The position numbers and the translations under genes were made by a program. Under the pieces are notes generated by a model, which saw only the letters and a program-made list of their open reading frames with translations, was not told the origin of the DNA and did not search any database. A stretch of DNA of 63,584 nucleotides, filler included, from Octopus bimaculoides (lineage: Eukaryota): NCBI RefSeq assembly GCF_001194135.2. It is 6 parts of 6 records of this genome, joined end to end, with 100 filler letters (N's around TTAATTAATTAA, not from the genome) between each part and the next. Parts side by side here need not be neighbours in the genome. Positions count along the whole stretch, not along the records: positions 49,489 to 59,212 come from NW_026416016.1; positions 59,313 to 63,584 come from NC_068982.1; 4 more parts are not named here. One strand, written 5' to 3'. Below are positions 49,646-62,290 of the stretch, one piece after another (positions within the stretch are counted from its first letter, which is position 1; every line of letters starts with the position of its first letter).

Positions 49646-50447
49646 TGCTACAGATCACGATGAGAGGGATAACTTCCCTTGGCAAACAGGACACAGTAGT
49701 GTGTCGATAAGCCAGCTGGAGGAGATGTCCTCCTGGGGCTAAAAGCAACAGTAACATCCACCACTAGGGGTCAGCCACACTTAAGTGGCAATATACTTCA
49801 CTTTATATATATATTATTTATATTATTATTCAATTGAACGCCACGCATCCATTTCCAAGTAAGTTTATCTAACACCTTCATGCGACTCTACTCTGTACTG
49901 TTTTCTCCTCTATCCTCTCTAATTTCCTTGTTCACCCTTTCACCGTTTTCTATCTGTCTCCCTCATTCTATTTTTCTCTCTCTCGTTGCTCACACGTGAC
50001 CATAATCCACTTTTCTTTTCCTCTCGTGACTATCTTTCTTTTCTGCACGGACGTTGTAAGGACTGGACGTCTTCTATCTCACTCTTTTCTCTCTTCAACG
50101 AAAATATTTCTCTCAGCATTCACTATTTTCCTCTCGTTTAGGTCTAACGACCCTCCATGCTTGTTTTCGTTTACTTTCCCTGTACGTCTCCGCTGTCCTG
50201 TTTTTGTTCCTAACTTTGACCCTCCATAAATCCCAAATTTTATTTCAGTATTTATAGAACCAACTGTCTTCGAAAACTCATATTGTCGTTGATTGCTCGC
50301 CAAGGGGAGAAGCTAGACAGCCGACAACTGATGAGGGGTCATTCTTTGTATTACTTGTCCTTTTTTCTCTCTCGTTATTTGCGTATTTAACTCATTTGTT
50401 TTTGTATTTCATGTTGTTTACTGTTGGTGACGTCCTGTACCCATATA

Positions 50448-50481
<34 letters not shown>

Positions 50482-51006
50482 NNNNNNNNNNNNNNNNNNN
50501 NNNNNNNNNNNNNNNNNNNNNNNNNNNNNNNNNNNNNNNNNNNNNNNNNNNNNNNNNNNNNNNNNNNNNNNNNNNNNNNNNNNNNNNNNNNNNNNNNNNN
50601 NNNNNNNNNNNNNNNNNNNNNNNNNNNNNNNNNNNNNNNNNNNNNNNNNNNNNNNNNNNNNNNNNNNNNNNNNNNNNNNNNNNNNNNNNNNNNNNNNNNN
50701 NNNNNNNNNNNNNNNNNNNNNNNNNNNNNNNNNNNNNNNNNNNNNNNNNNNNNNNNNNNNNNNNNNNNNNNNNNNNNNNNNNNNNNNNNNNNNNNNNNNN
50801 NNNNNNNNNNNNNNNNNNNNNNNNNNNNNNNNNNNNNNNNNNNNNNNNNNNNNNNNNNNNNNNNNNNNNNNNNNNNNNNNNNNNNNNNNNNNNNNNNNNN
50901 NNNNNNNNNNNNNNNNNNNNNNNNNNNNNNNNNNNNNNNNNNNNNNNNNNNNNNNNNNNNNNNNNNNNNNNNNNNNNNNNNNNNNNATATATATATATAT
51001 ATATAT

Positions 51007-51049
<43 letters not shown>

Positions 51050-51704
51050 CGTGCATATATGTATGTGCTTATTCATTTAGATAATGGTAATTTCCGTTAC
51101 CATAGATATAGTTTAAATTAATTAAGATCAGTTGGCTTAGCACATCTAGTATGTTAATGTCTATCGCTAAGTTTTTATATTGTTGATTGTCAACTGTTCA
51201 TAAATGATAAAGTATGCTTTAAGCAAGCCATCACCAAAATAACCATCCAACGTAATAGTGGTATCGAACGATCGAGATAGGGATCATTGTTAATATATTG
51301 TGTGTAAACTTACTGGAAGACCAGAAACGAGAATCTCTGAGTAGTGACTCATGTAGACACGTGTAGTTCTGAATACATAATTTAATCTAGAGGTAATTCC
51401 ACTGAGAACAGGTAAAGATGTGTATACATTTCATGCTTGCTGATATCGTTGAGTCTGTGCTCAGATCAGATCCAGCAAACCTATGATTAAAGACATTCTA
51501 GTCTTGTCAAACATGCCGTTTTAAGATTATCTTCGTCTGCATTATTTAATGTGTTCTTCTTTTTAAGGCAGTACGGTGGAATTTGAAATGAACTGATTGC
51601 GATTTTTACTAAATTGGGCAACTTCCTTGAGTGCAATCGTTAACTAATTTGTAAAGCATTCTTATGGAAGTCAAATCGCAGTATATACTAGAGAGACACT
51701 ACAT

Positions 51705-51714
51705 ATTACTATAT

Positions 51715-51756
<42 letters not shown>

Positions 51757-51791
51757 GTAGTAGTAGTATTACTAGTAGTAGTAGTAGTAGT
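51705..51791. repeat. (GTA)n microsatellite
   Basis: Read directly. Confidence 0.95.
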
Positions 51792-52204
51792 ATCGTCTCA
51801 GATTTGAGGGCACTGCTCAGTTTATTCTTTAAATGAATAACCACATACATGTGTGTAAAGATTTCTCCTCGCACTCTGTGTGTGTGTGTGTATATATATA
51901 TTTATACATACATGCATAGATACATACATNNNNNNNNNNNNNNNNNNNNNNNNNNNNNNNNNNNNNNNNNNNNNNNNNNNNNNNNNNNNNNNNNNNNNNN
52001 NNNNNNNNNNNNNNNNNNNNNNNNNNNNNNNNNNNNNNNNNNNNNNNNNNNNNNNNNNNNNNNNNNNNNNNNNNNNNNNNNNNNNNNNNNNNNNNNNNNN
52101 NNNNNNNNNNNNNNNNNNNNNNNNNNNNNNNNNNNNNNNNNNNNNNNNNNNNNNNNNNNNNNNNNNNNNNNNNNNNNNNNNNNNNATATATATATATATA
52201 TATC

Positions 52205-52560
52205 TTCATTTGACCCTTCTCTTCAGGGCCAGAAGTTCAGCCTTCTACAATTGCTGCTCTCTACAAAGCGCAGGTGAGCAGTGTCTCCGAAAATAATGAA
52301 AAACGAGCCAATAGAAAAAACCTTATCGCACTATACCTCTTTATATATGACGAGAATTCTTACGATCACCCGACAAATATTGAGTTGCACCATCACTGAC
52401 GATATTTTCTAGTGAGAGCATAACCTTAACAAGGTTAAGATTGCATCGCAACATTTGGACCCTTCTCTTCATGGCCAGAAGTTAAGCCTTCTACAGTTGT
52501 TCTCTACAAAGCTCAGGTAAAGCCAACAATTGAGCAGTGTTCCGGAATCTGTGACAGAGC
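52205..52560 (+). mobile_element. Two partial tandem copies of a CR1/L2-group RT C-terminal fragment
   Basis: GACCCTTCTCTTCA.GGCCAGAAGTT.AGCCTTCTACA occurs twice; LYKAQVKPTIEQC resembles LYkaqVRP.lEYcs. Confidence 0.5.
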
Positions 52561-53028
52561 TACTACTGCACACAGAGAGTTCCTAGTCTACATTCCCAAA
52601 ACGGCCACCTGACTGCTATTTTCTTCCCTCGGAGCTGACTGTGCTTATATAATCTGCTGTCATTAGAATTATGACTGAAAAATCCCTTTGATTCTCAACA
52701 GTAATAGTTATGCATTGCCATTTGTATAATTGTTGGTACATAGTATAATATTTTTGGCAATTAAGTCAAGGAATCTTCAGACTGTTAGACAAATGTGTAG
52801 TACCCACAAGCAAAATATTATTAATCAAGCGTTCGTCCATTAAGCTATCTTCACTTCTCAACACAGTTAAACAATTCGTCTCCGAAAATAATGAAGAACA
52901 AGTCAATACAAAAATAACACTTTAAAACAGCAATAGAAATATAGTTGTAAAATGACGTGAAATGCGCGCTTCAACTTGTACACGTATATACGCACACACG
53001 CACATTCACACACACATTCCTACACAAT

Positions 53029-53091
<63 letters not shown>

Positions 53092-55624
53092 TAATGATTA
53101 ATTTCATCAGCTGGAAGGTGACTTTAAATTAACACAGTTTTTGAATATCATCCGATCGCTAAAATAATATCAAGAGAAATTTGAGAAGCTAATTGAATGT
53201 TAACCAACCATCATCTCAACTAAAAATTCATCTCACAACTACTTCTCTCTCAATTCAAAACTATTCTNNNNNNNNNNNNNNNNNNNNNNNNNNNNNNNNN
53301 NNNNNNNNNNNNNNNNNNNNNNNNNNNNNNNNNNNNNNNNNNNNNNNNNNNNNNNNNNNNNNNNNNNNNNNNNNNNNNNNNNNNNNNNNNNNNNNNNNNN
53401 NNNNNNNNNNNNNNNNNNNNNNNNNNNNNNNNNNNNNNNNNNNNNNNNNNNNNNNNNNNNNNNNNNNNNNNNNNNNNNNNNNNNNNNNNNNNNNNNNNNN
53501 NNNNNNNNNNNNNNNNNNNNNNNNNNNNNNNNNNNNNNNNNNNNNNNNNNNNNNNNNNNNNNNNNNNNNNNNNNNNNNNNNNNNNNNNNNNNNNNNNNNN
53601 NNNNNNNNNNNNNNNNNNNNNNNNNNNNNNNNNNNNNNNNNNNNNNNNNNNNNNNNNNNNNNNNNNNNNNNNNNNNNNNNNNNNNNNNNNNNNNNNNNNN
53701 NNNNNNNNNNNNNNNNNNNNNNNNNNNNNNNNNNNNNNNNNNNNNNNNNNNNNNNNNNNNNNNNNNNNNNNNNNNNNNNNNNNNNNNNNNNNNNNNNNNN
53801 NNNNNNNNNNNNNNNNNNNNNNNNNNNNNNNNNNNNNNNNNNNNNNNNNNNNNNNNNNNNNNNNNNNNNNNNNNNNNNNNNNNNNNNNNNNNNNNNNNNN
53901 NNNNNNNNNNNNNNNNNNNNNNNNNNNNNNNNNNNNNNNNNNNNNNNNNNNNNNNNNNNNNNNNNNNNNNNNNNNNNNNNNNNNNNNNNNNNNNNNNNNN
54001 NNNNNNNNNNNNNNNNNNNNNNNNNNNNNNNNNNNNNNNNNNNNNNNNNNNNNNNNNNNNNNNNNNNNNNNNNNNNNNNNNNNNNNNNNNNNNNNNNNNN
54101 NNNNNNNNNNNNNNNNNNNNNNNNNNNNNNNNNNNNNNNNNNNNNNNNNNNNNNNNNNNNNNNNNNNNNNNNNNNNNNNNNNNNNNNNCATCAATCCAGG
54201 TGATTTTCAATTGCTCTTAGTGAAATTTTTGTTGCTATCTTTTCCATTTTTTTGTTAGAAGTTTGCCTATGGATGTCGACCCACGTGTAATCTACATTCT
54301 TATAAGTAGATAGCGTGGTACTGCCTGGTCGCTTAATTCTAGCTGTTGTTTTTCCTGCTATATGACTCTGCATATTTTCGCCAGCTGTGAATGCAGAAAG
54401 GCTTCTTTGGTATCGCAGTATGCTGTTATCAATGAGAACTGACAATTATGCTAACCAACTCACAAGTTACGCCTGGTATCATTTACGACCAGTAATTCTA
54501 TGAATAGTTCTTATTGCTGTTATTTAGGTGCAGAAATCCCTTAAATGGATTTTCTTACCGTATGTGTAACAGGCGAATCGTCTGCCTTCGACACTAGGTT
54601 TTAAGGTATTCCTTCCAGATCTTCTACAGGACGCAGTTTTGGTATTGTTGTATGATACTGTGGGCCATGAGAACCTTTATGTCTACGGTGATCCCACCCC
54701 ATATTGTGCCATGAAAACGACTGCTAGCCAGAAGTCGACATCGGTGACAATGTTACTGACAGTAAATCTGGTCCTATTTTTCAAATAATATAGGACTAGT
54801 TAATAAAAACCTATGTTACGTACAATTTAAGCTGTGCTTTAGTCGTATGCTTTTAAGTTTATACATATGGTGCCAATACCTTACCTTTCCTAATGAAGGA
54901 GATTTCACTTCAAATATTTGCCAGAGCTGTTTTCAAGTCTTCTTTGGACAAAACGACGAAAGTCACTCGCGTTACCTTGGCAAAGCTTAGGCAATTCATT
55001 CTCTGTTCGTATGCATTTGCGATGGATTGTTGTCGCTGATTTTGAGAGCATTTCCTCTCGAGATATTTAAAGAGTTGGTGTTAAAATATTAGTGTTTCCT
55101 TTTGGTTCATGTTCACAACTGGTATTTTCCGTTACAATTAAACATTCTTTTGTTTGTTTTCTCTCCGCGTGAATGTGTTATTTTATGAATTTTCCGTTTT
55201 CTTCTTGTGGGCGTGGTGTAGAATATTCATTTCAATTTTTTTGTTTGTATCTGGGTGACGTTAAAGAAAACGAATAAACTTTTCTTTATAAAACGATAAT
55301 ATGGCAAACCTAACATTTTCTCTTGAAATTTAGGAGCAGCCACATAGGGAAATTTAGGTCACAAATCCAACATTAACCTGACACGATAAAGCAAATGCAT
55401 TCTTCCAGTCTGTGCTAGTAGATAAGATCCAGTTACATACTGTCCTACATGGGCACAAGACCCAAGAATATATTGTCAATTGGCATGTTTTCACGTAGTC
55501 GATCTAAATATGTTTCTGCTACCTATTTCATTAACACCAGCGGGATTTGAAAAATTAGAATCCATTGAGATGTTACTAACTACTTCTGATCTACTGTTTT
55601 GTCAGTTCATCACACTAATATTAT

Positions 55625-55790
55625 TAATATCTAACATAGGCAAGAAAGTCAGAGAATGAGTATAGACGATTTAATAGACACTAGTTCTCATCTAGTACTT
55701 TATTTCATCAACTCGGGAAGGATGAAAGATAAATTTGATGCCGGCGAGATTTGAGACAAGTAAGTAAACGGGTAGAATGAAATACCTTAA
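55625..55790 (-). mobile_element. Degenerate SINE family A
   Basis: TAGTACTTTATTTCATCAACTCGGGAAGGATGAAAG..GGCGAGATTTGA. Confidence 0.55.
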
Positions 55791-56004
55791 GGTAGTTTAA
55801 CGTTATGTCAATTCACCTCTACAATAATAAATGCATTTATCTTTGTAATACGCTTTTATCAGTATATGTATTGATATTTCATAACTAGAATATTACATCT
55901 GGCTACTTGGTTCTTATTTTAACAAATTTCATTTCTATAACCGACAAATAAAAGCAACCAATCATAATACATTCTAAAACAATGCTTACCCATATATCCG
56001 TGCT

Positions 56005-56061
<57 letters not shown>

Positions 56062-56399
56062 TTACCCATATATTATTTTGAGTGTTGGTCTATAAAAAAA
56101 AAAATTACCTCAATCTACTGATACAACTAATCACTTTTTGAACATAACTGATTTCAGTTCTCTTAGGTCCTCGTAAATATTGTGCTGCCATTGCTGATGA
56201 TAATGGGGAAAAAAATTTAATGAGCCTATAATGATATCTTCTCCACTAATAATATGAAATGTAAAGAATAATGATAGGATGTTTCGAGCTAAATTCGACA
56301 ATTTTTCATGTCTCCTTTTACTCATAAAATAATCTGATGCTTGCTAAGCAGTCAACGGCATTGGAGAGCATAAATATTAAATTTGTAATTGAGAAAAAG

Positions 56400-57145
56400 T
56401 TAACTGACATGGAAGACTGGAAGCCGTCTGAGCACTGGAAAAGAGTTAACTCAATCATGATTCACGCCGGTTATCATGCTCTGTGAACACTACTAAAGCT
56501 GTTGGACGTGACACAGAGAGCTGCAATGAAAGCTAAAAAGCCGTGGCCAGTAGGATGGGACACATCGGACGTTTTAAATGCGTCTGTATACTGGGGTTAA
56601 TCTCTACATCATTTAACGCGTCTTTAGGCATATTGAAGGTGGCTGTGTGAAGCTGCTTGAGGCCCTGGTGAATCCATGGCTGGAGAGGATTAAAGTTGGG
56701 ATGCCATATGCGTGGTAGCAGGATTCAGCTCATTGTTATACCTCCGGAAAGCATCAGAAGTGGTTATCGTAGAATTACTACGACCTCACCAGCCTCAATT
56801 TCTGGTCTCCTAATACCCACGTTTGTATTCCTATGGATTGCTATTTGTTGCGTGCAGTTGAGAAAGATAGCAAGTGCTTTGCCTGCGACATCAAGGCCAA
56901 ACTTGTGGCCAAAAACCAAGGGAGTGATCAAAAATCTTCTGAGGGATACAATGAGGAATGTATGCGCCAGGTTCCGGGGCTGTCTTGGAGGTAGCTGAAG
57001 GTGGCTACTTTGAGCAAACTTTTATCTCCCAGCAATAGTCTAGTTAATGCTTTGATTTTTTTAATGCTTTTATTTTGGATGTAATATTGTGTTTTCTTTT
57101 CCTTTAAGGTAAACTGCCAAATTTAGTCCGAACAGCCAGTAAGTG
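56400..57145 (+). mobile_element. DD37D (maT-type) Tc1/mariner transposase relic
   Basis: KLLEALVNPWLERIKVGMPYAW*QDSAHCYTSGKHQKWLS*NYYDLTSLNFWSPN..CIPMDCY..AVEKD..NVCARFRGCL..EGGYFE, matching QDsAp.H, WPpnSPD.nPmDY and the terminal EGGyfE. Confidence 0.78.
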
Positions 57146-57462
57146 ACTATGCAAGAAAATAAAACTAGTTTAGATACATGAAACAACTATTATGTACTAC
57201 ATTCCTTAACTCTGGTATTCTTATTCGCATACCCGACAAACCTAGTTGCCGACCGTGTATGTATTTGTGTGTGTGTGTGTGTGTGTGTGTAGGTGTCACC
57301 ACTTAAACGTGGATATTTTATTAGAACAAACTATACAACGGTAGTTGCCATGTGAGAAACTCATATTGGCTTTTTGGTGCAAAATGCACGCATGAGGACA
57401 AATATTACCTCTCAGCAATAATACTGCTTCTGTTGTTGATACACGCACATGTGCACGCACAT

Positions 57463-57496
<34 letters not shown>

Positions 57497-59212
57497 GGTT
57501 TGATTACGAAGAAACTCACATATAGGATAACTTTTGCTTTCATCCATGCACACAAGGATGTATATTTTGGTGGTTGCTTTACTAATGTGTGACTGTGGAA
57601 GTGACATCCGTGTTTTATTTATGTATATACATTATACTATATATTATACTATGTATTATGCGCTATAGTATGCATTATATTTCACATAGTCATATAACGT
57701 GCATTTTCATATTTTGTCTTAGTTTTTACTCCAAATTACACTTTTCATACATAGCATATAATAGGTAATTACTATAATTATGTTTTATTTCAAAGTAACA
57801 ATTAAATAGTATTATGGAAATTTCAAATCTAAAGTTATTATTATGAATATTTTAAACTTAATTTTAACATCTGCATCCGTAAAGTTTATTTTACTTCTGA
57901 ACTTATTTGCATTAAATGTGTTTTACTTTTATTTTAATATATTTATTCCTGTTTTCCCAATACTCAATAATTAGTTTTTCCATCTGGTATTTTGAAAAAT
58001 AGCAATATTTCTTTATTTGTGTATTTATTCAGTTTGTTTCATTATCAAACATTTTCAGTTTTTTGGTCTTTACATGTGACAATTTAAAAAAAAAATTCCT
58101 TTTGGTCATTAAGTTTATTTTTCTTTAAATTCATCAATCTTCCTTTTTTAATTAAATTCAAACACGGTTAAATATTTTTCGGTTTTGAATTTTTATTTCT
58201 TTATAATCATTTATTGCACTTTTATTTTGAGACGCTCAAAGTAACTCTCCTTGATAAACAGAAGTTATAATTTTGTTTATTGTTAATTCTATTGTATTTT
58301 TTATAATAATTTCATAATTTCTTTTTAACTTATTGATTATCGTTTGTAGCTTATTGAAGAATGTTGTAATTATTTTTTGTCGTGCAAGAAACGGCAACTT
58401 TTTACCAATTTTTATCATAATGCAATTGCTGAATTAATGTAGCATTTGAAGTAAGTGCGAAAATTATGACAATTACAAAGGTATCAGTTGGGGAAAATGT
58501 TTTTCTTCCAACTATTTGTTGCATATTGTAAAAAGAATGAGGATATGGTTCTTTTGAATGTTGATTAAAATTTTACTCTCACACGATTGGTAACAAACAA
58601 AGCCTTGTGAAAACCTGTGGAAACCTGTACAAACCTTTAAAAATATTTCACTTTTGTTTATGACTTGATATGTATAATGACCATGAGTGTCAGTTGTATG
58701 TTTATCACCTGATTTCTAATTCGCCATTGTAACTGTATATTGTCATTAAATAAAACATTCAATTCTCCGTCGAACATAAACATATCTGAGAGTACAACAT
58801 TAAAAATAAAAATAATAGTGAAACAGCCTGTGTAGCGGAAGAGGCAGTACTGAATGTTGAGAAATAGCAAAGAGTTTTTCAGTACCAAGATCGCGCCCAA
58901 GCGTAAGAGAAGAAAGAGTAACGTGAGAAAATTCTCTAAATAATCATTATTTATTTTGTTCAAAATGAAGCTTTTAGTTTTGTTTTCATTTTCAGATATG
59001 TTTACAGAACAGAAAGGAGAAAAGAAAAATACGATTGGCAATACCTAAAACAAAAACATGATATTAACTATTCTTAAAAGAAAAAATTCAAAAGCAAATT
59101 TCTTTTATGTTCAAATCAATTGTTGAATCGTTGCCATTACTTATTTTTCTCCAATAAAAAAAATGTCTAGTTTTAGAAAATCAAAAATTGTGAGAAGACT
59201 AGTGATAGCGTT

Positions 59213-59312
59213 NNNNNNNNNNNNNNNNNNNNNNNNNNNNNNNNNNNNNNNNNNNNTTAATTAATTAANNNNNNNNNNNNNNNNNNNNNNNNNNNNNNNN
59301 NNNNNNNNNNNN
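59213..59312. other. Artificial assembly spacer
   Basis: 44 N + TTAATTAATTAA + 44 N. Confidence 0.95.
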
Positions 59313-59314
59313 TA

Positions 59315-59374
<60 letters not shown>

Positions 59375-59664
59375 TCTATATATACATATATATATATATA
59401 TATATACATATGTATGTATATATGCATGTGTACGTATATGTATATGCACACGCACTCAATCATCAATTTCCCGCTGATTTCTTGTAACATGCACTACAGA
59501 GGTGACGCATCTACTGTGAGTATACAATAGCATAGATTGAACAATAGTCTAGACTGAAAACGACTGCATTCATGGTAACATTTCTTTCCATAATATCAAA
59601 CTAAATAACTCTTTACGTTAGTTTCAAGGGTGCGTGAAGAAGTGTGTGTCTGTGTGTTCTTTGT

Positions 59665-59690
59665 GTATCTATCTATCTATCTATCTAGCC

Positions 59691-59732
<42 letters not shown>

Positions 59733-59842
59733 ATACCTATCTGCCTATCTATCTATATATACTTATTTATCCGTCTACCTATCTATCTATTTAGCTATGT
59801 ATCTATCTACTTATCTATCTATCAATCTATCAGTCTATAAAT

Positions 59843-59896
<54 letters not shown>

Positions 59897-59918
59897 TGAG
59901 TGAGAGAGAGAGAGAGAT
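59665..59918. repeat. (CTAT)n then (GA)n microsatellites
   Basis: Read directly. Confidence 0.93.
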
Positions 59919-61319
59919 CAGAGAACATACGGAATAATGGAGAATTATAGATTTGCAAAAATTATTTAATACTGTATTATTCTGCTGGATAAGTGTCCTA
60001 GCGTCCTTTGATGTAGGATTTATGTGCATTTATTTACACATTCATCTACGGCAAATCTTCCTAGGAAGATTTGTGCAAGGCTTTACCCACCAGAGAGGGT
60101 AAAGCAGCAAACTTCAGGGTATTCAATGCGAATAAAAGAATAAGAATTTTCAAAGCCGTGTTTTTTTCCATTCTTTTTATGATGTCTATATGCTGTGCGA
60201 AATTCAATGAAGGAGACTCAGGGTTCAGCTGCTGAGTGAAGTATCGCTGAATTGCTTATCTTAAACGATCCTGTATGTTCCGAACCACNNNNNNNNNNNN
60301 NNNNNNNNNNNNNNNNNNNNNNNNNNNNNNNNNNNNNNNNNNNNNNNNNNNNNNNNNNNNNNNNNNNNNNNNNNNNNNNNNNNNNNNNNNNNNNNNNNNN
60401 NNNNNNNNNNNNNNNNNNNNNNNNNNNNNNNNNNNNNNNNNNNNNNNNNNNNNNNNNNNNNNNNNNNNNNNNNNNNNNNNNNNNNNNNNNNNNNNNNNNN
60501 NNNNNNNNNNNNNNNNNNNNNNNNNNNNNNNNNNNNNNNNNNNNNNNNNNNNNNNNNNNNNNNNNNNNNNNNNNNNNNNNNNNNNNNNNNNNNNNNNNNN
60601 NNNNNNNNNNNNNNNNNNNNNNNNNNNNNNNNNNNNNNNNNNNNNNNNNNNNNNNNNNNNNNNNNNNNNNNNNNNNNNNNNNNNNNNNNNNNNNNNNNNN
60701 NNNNNNNNNNNNNNNNNNNNNNNNNNNNNNNNNNNNNNNNNNNNNNNNNNNNNNNNNNNNNNNNNNNNNNNNNNNNNNNNNNNNNNNNNNNNNNNNNNNN
60801 NNNNNNNNNNNNNNNNNNNNNNNNNNNNNNNNNNNNNNNNNNNNNNNNNNNNNNNNNNNNNNNNNNNNNNNNNNNNNNNNNNNNNNNNNNNNNNNNNNNN
60901 NNNNNNNNNNNNNNNNNNNNNNNNNNNNNNNNNNNNNNNNNNNNNNNNNNNNNNNNNNNNNNNNNNNNNNNNNNNNNNNNNNNNNNNNNNNNNNNNNNNN
61001 NNNNNNNNNNNNNNNNNNNNNNNNNNNNNNNNNNNNNNNNNNNNNNNNNNNNNNNNNNNNNNNNNNNNNNNNNNNNNNNNNNNNNNNNNNNNNNNNNNNN
61101 NNNNNNNNNNNNNNNNNNNNNNNNNNNNNNNNNNNNNNNNNNNNNNNNNNNNNNNNNNNNNNNNNNNNNNNNNNNNNNNNNNNNNNNNNNNNNNNNNNNN
61201 NNNNNNNNNNNNNNNNNNNNNNNNNNNNNNNNNNNNNNNNNNNNNNNNNNNNNNNNNNNNNNNNNNNNNNNNATATATATATATATATATATACACACAT
61301 TCAGCAGCCTTCTCAATGA

Positions 61320-62290
61320 TTTACACCTTAGTCTCAATTCACAAGAGAAATGAGCAAAATACACTTCCATTTCTTGACATAATGATAATGAAAAACAACA
61401 CAATAAAAATGATATCTATTATAAAAGCACAGATACACACTGGTACCTATATTAAAAACCATGCGACCCAACACACACAAAACGCAACATCCTGTACTGT
61501 CTACCCGGGAAATTTTCTACTATAGTCGATGATCCAAATACCTGAAACACACGACTTACAGAACTCAAAGGATTTCTGCTCAAGCAAAATTACTCTCTCC
61601 TACTTATAGAAAATACCATGCTACGAGGAAAGAGTTACCTATAGAACAACTTGGAGCAACACGAAAAAGACAAACCCATCAAATGAAAACAATACCATTT
61701 CTAGTAACACACAATCCGCATCACCAAAACATTTTTAACATCATCAAAACAAATTTGCCAATCATAAAGCAGAGTGAAAAATTAAGAAAATATGTAATAA
61801 CTAATCAAACAATTATCCTTAGCAAAAGGCAACCACATAATCTAAAAAAACTATTAACAAAGGCAAAATTAAACATGAACAAAGAGGATAAAACATTCAC
61901 AGTGTCCAAGTGTAATAACAGATTTGGAACGTGTGAATACATACATAAGGGTAGACCCATTAGAACGAAAAAATGCACAGATTTTCGCAAATGCAAATAC
62001 CAACTGCAAAAGTAGAAATTTGATCTACTACATTAAATGCCCGAATTGCAAGGAATCATATAGAGGTAAGACAGGGAATGCATTATAAGAACGCTCACGA
62101 GTCCACAGATAACAAATCCGGAATATCAATGTTCGCCAAATTCCATTGAGCCAACATATTGAGGCATGTGGTCAGAAAATGTTTCTAATTTTTCCTTTCT
62201 ACAAACTACATGACACACCTGAGGTTGGAAGCAAAAAGAGAGAAAAAAGGGTTTCTCAAAATGTTCAAACCTCTTCTGAACAGAAATAGC
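61320..62290 (+). mobile_element. Decayed Penelope-like element: RT C-terminus, linker and GIY-YIG endonuclease
   Basis: NTLPFLDIMI..DIYYKSTDTHWYL; TIPFLVTHNP..IILSKRQPHNLKKLLTKAK..SKCNNRFGTCEYI; then a NLIY..CPNCKESYRGKTG remnant and IPLSQHIEACG. Confidence 0.85.

Noticed and set aside
50326-50345. CTGATGAGGGG at the end of a CT-rich repeat-like segment
   Set aside because: No downstream stem II partner or GAAA; at most a deleted hammerhead remnant.
54190-55300. Fragments resembling LINE ORF1 and RT domain 0 (KSPGL) on the minus strand
   Set aside because: Motifs are too short and broken to support a call.
645-61525. Long ORFs composed mostly of X
   Set aside because: They are translations of N gaps plus flanking microsatellites.
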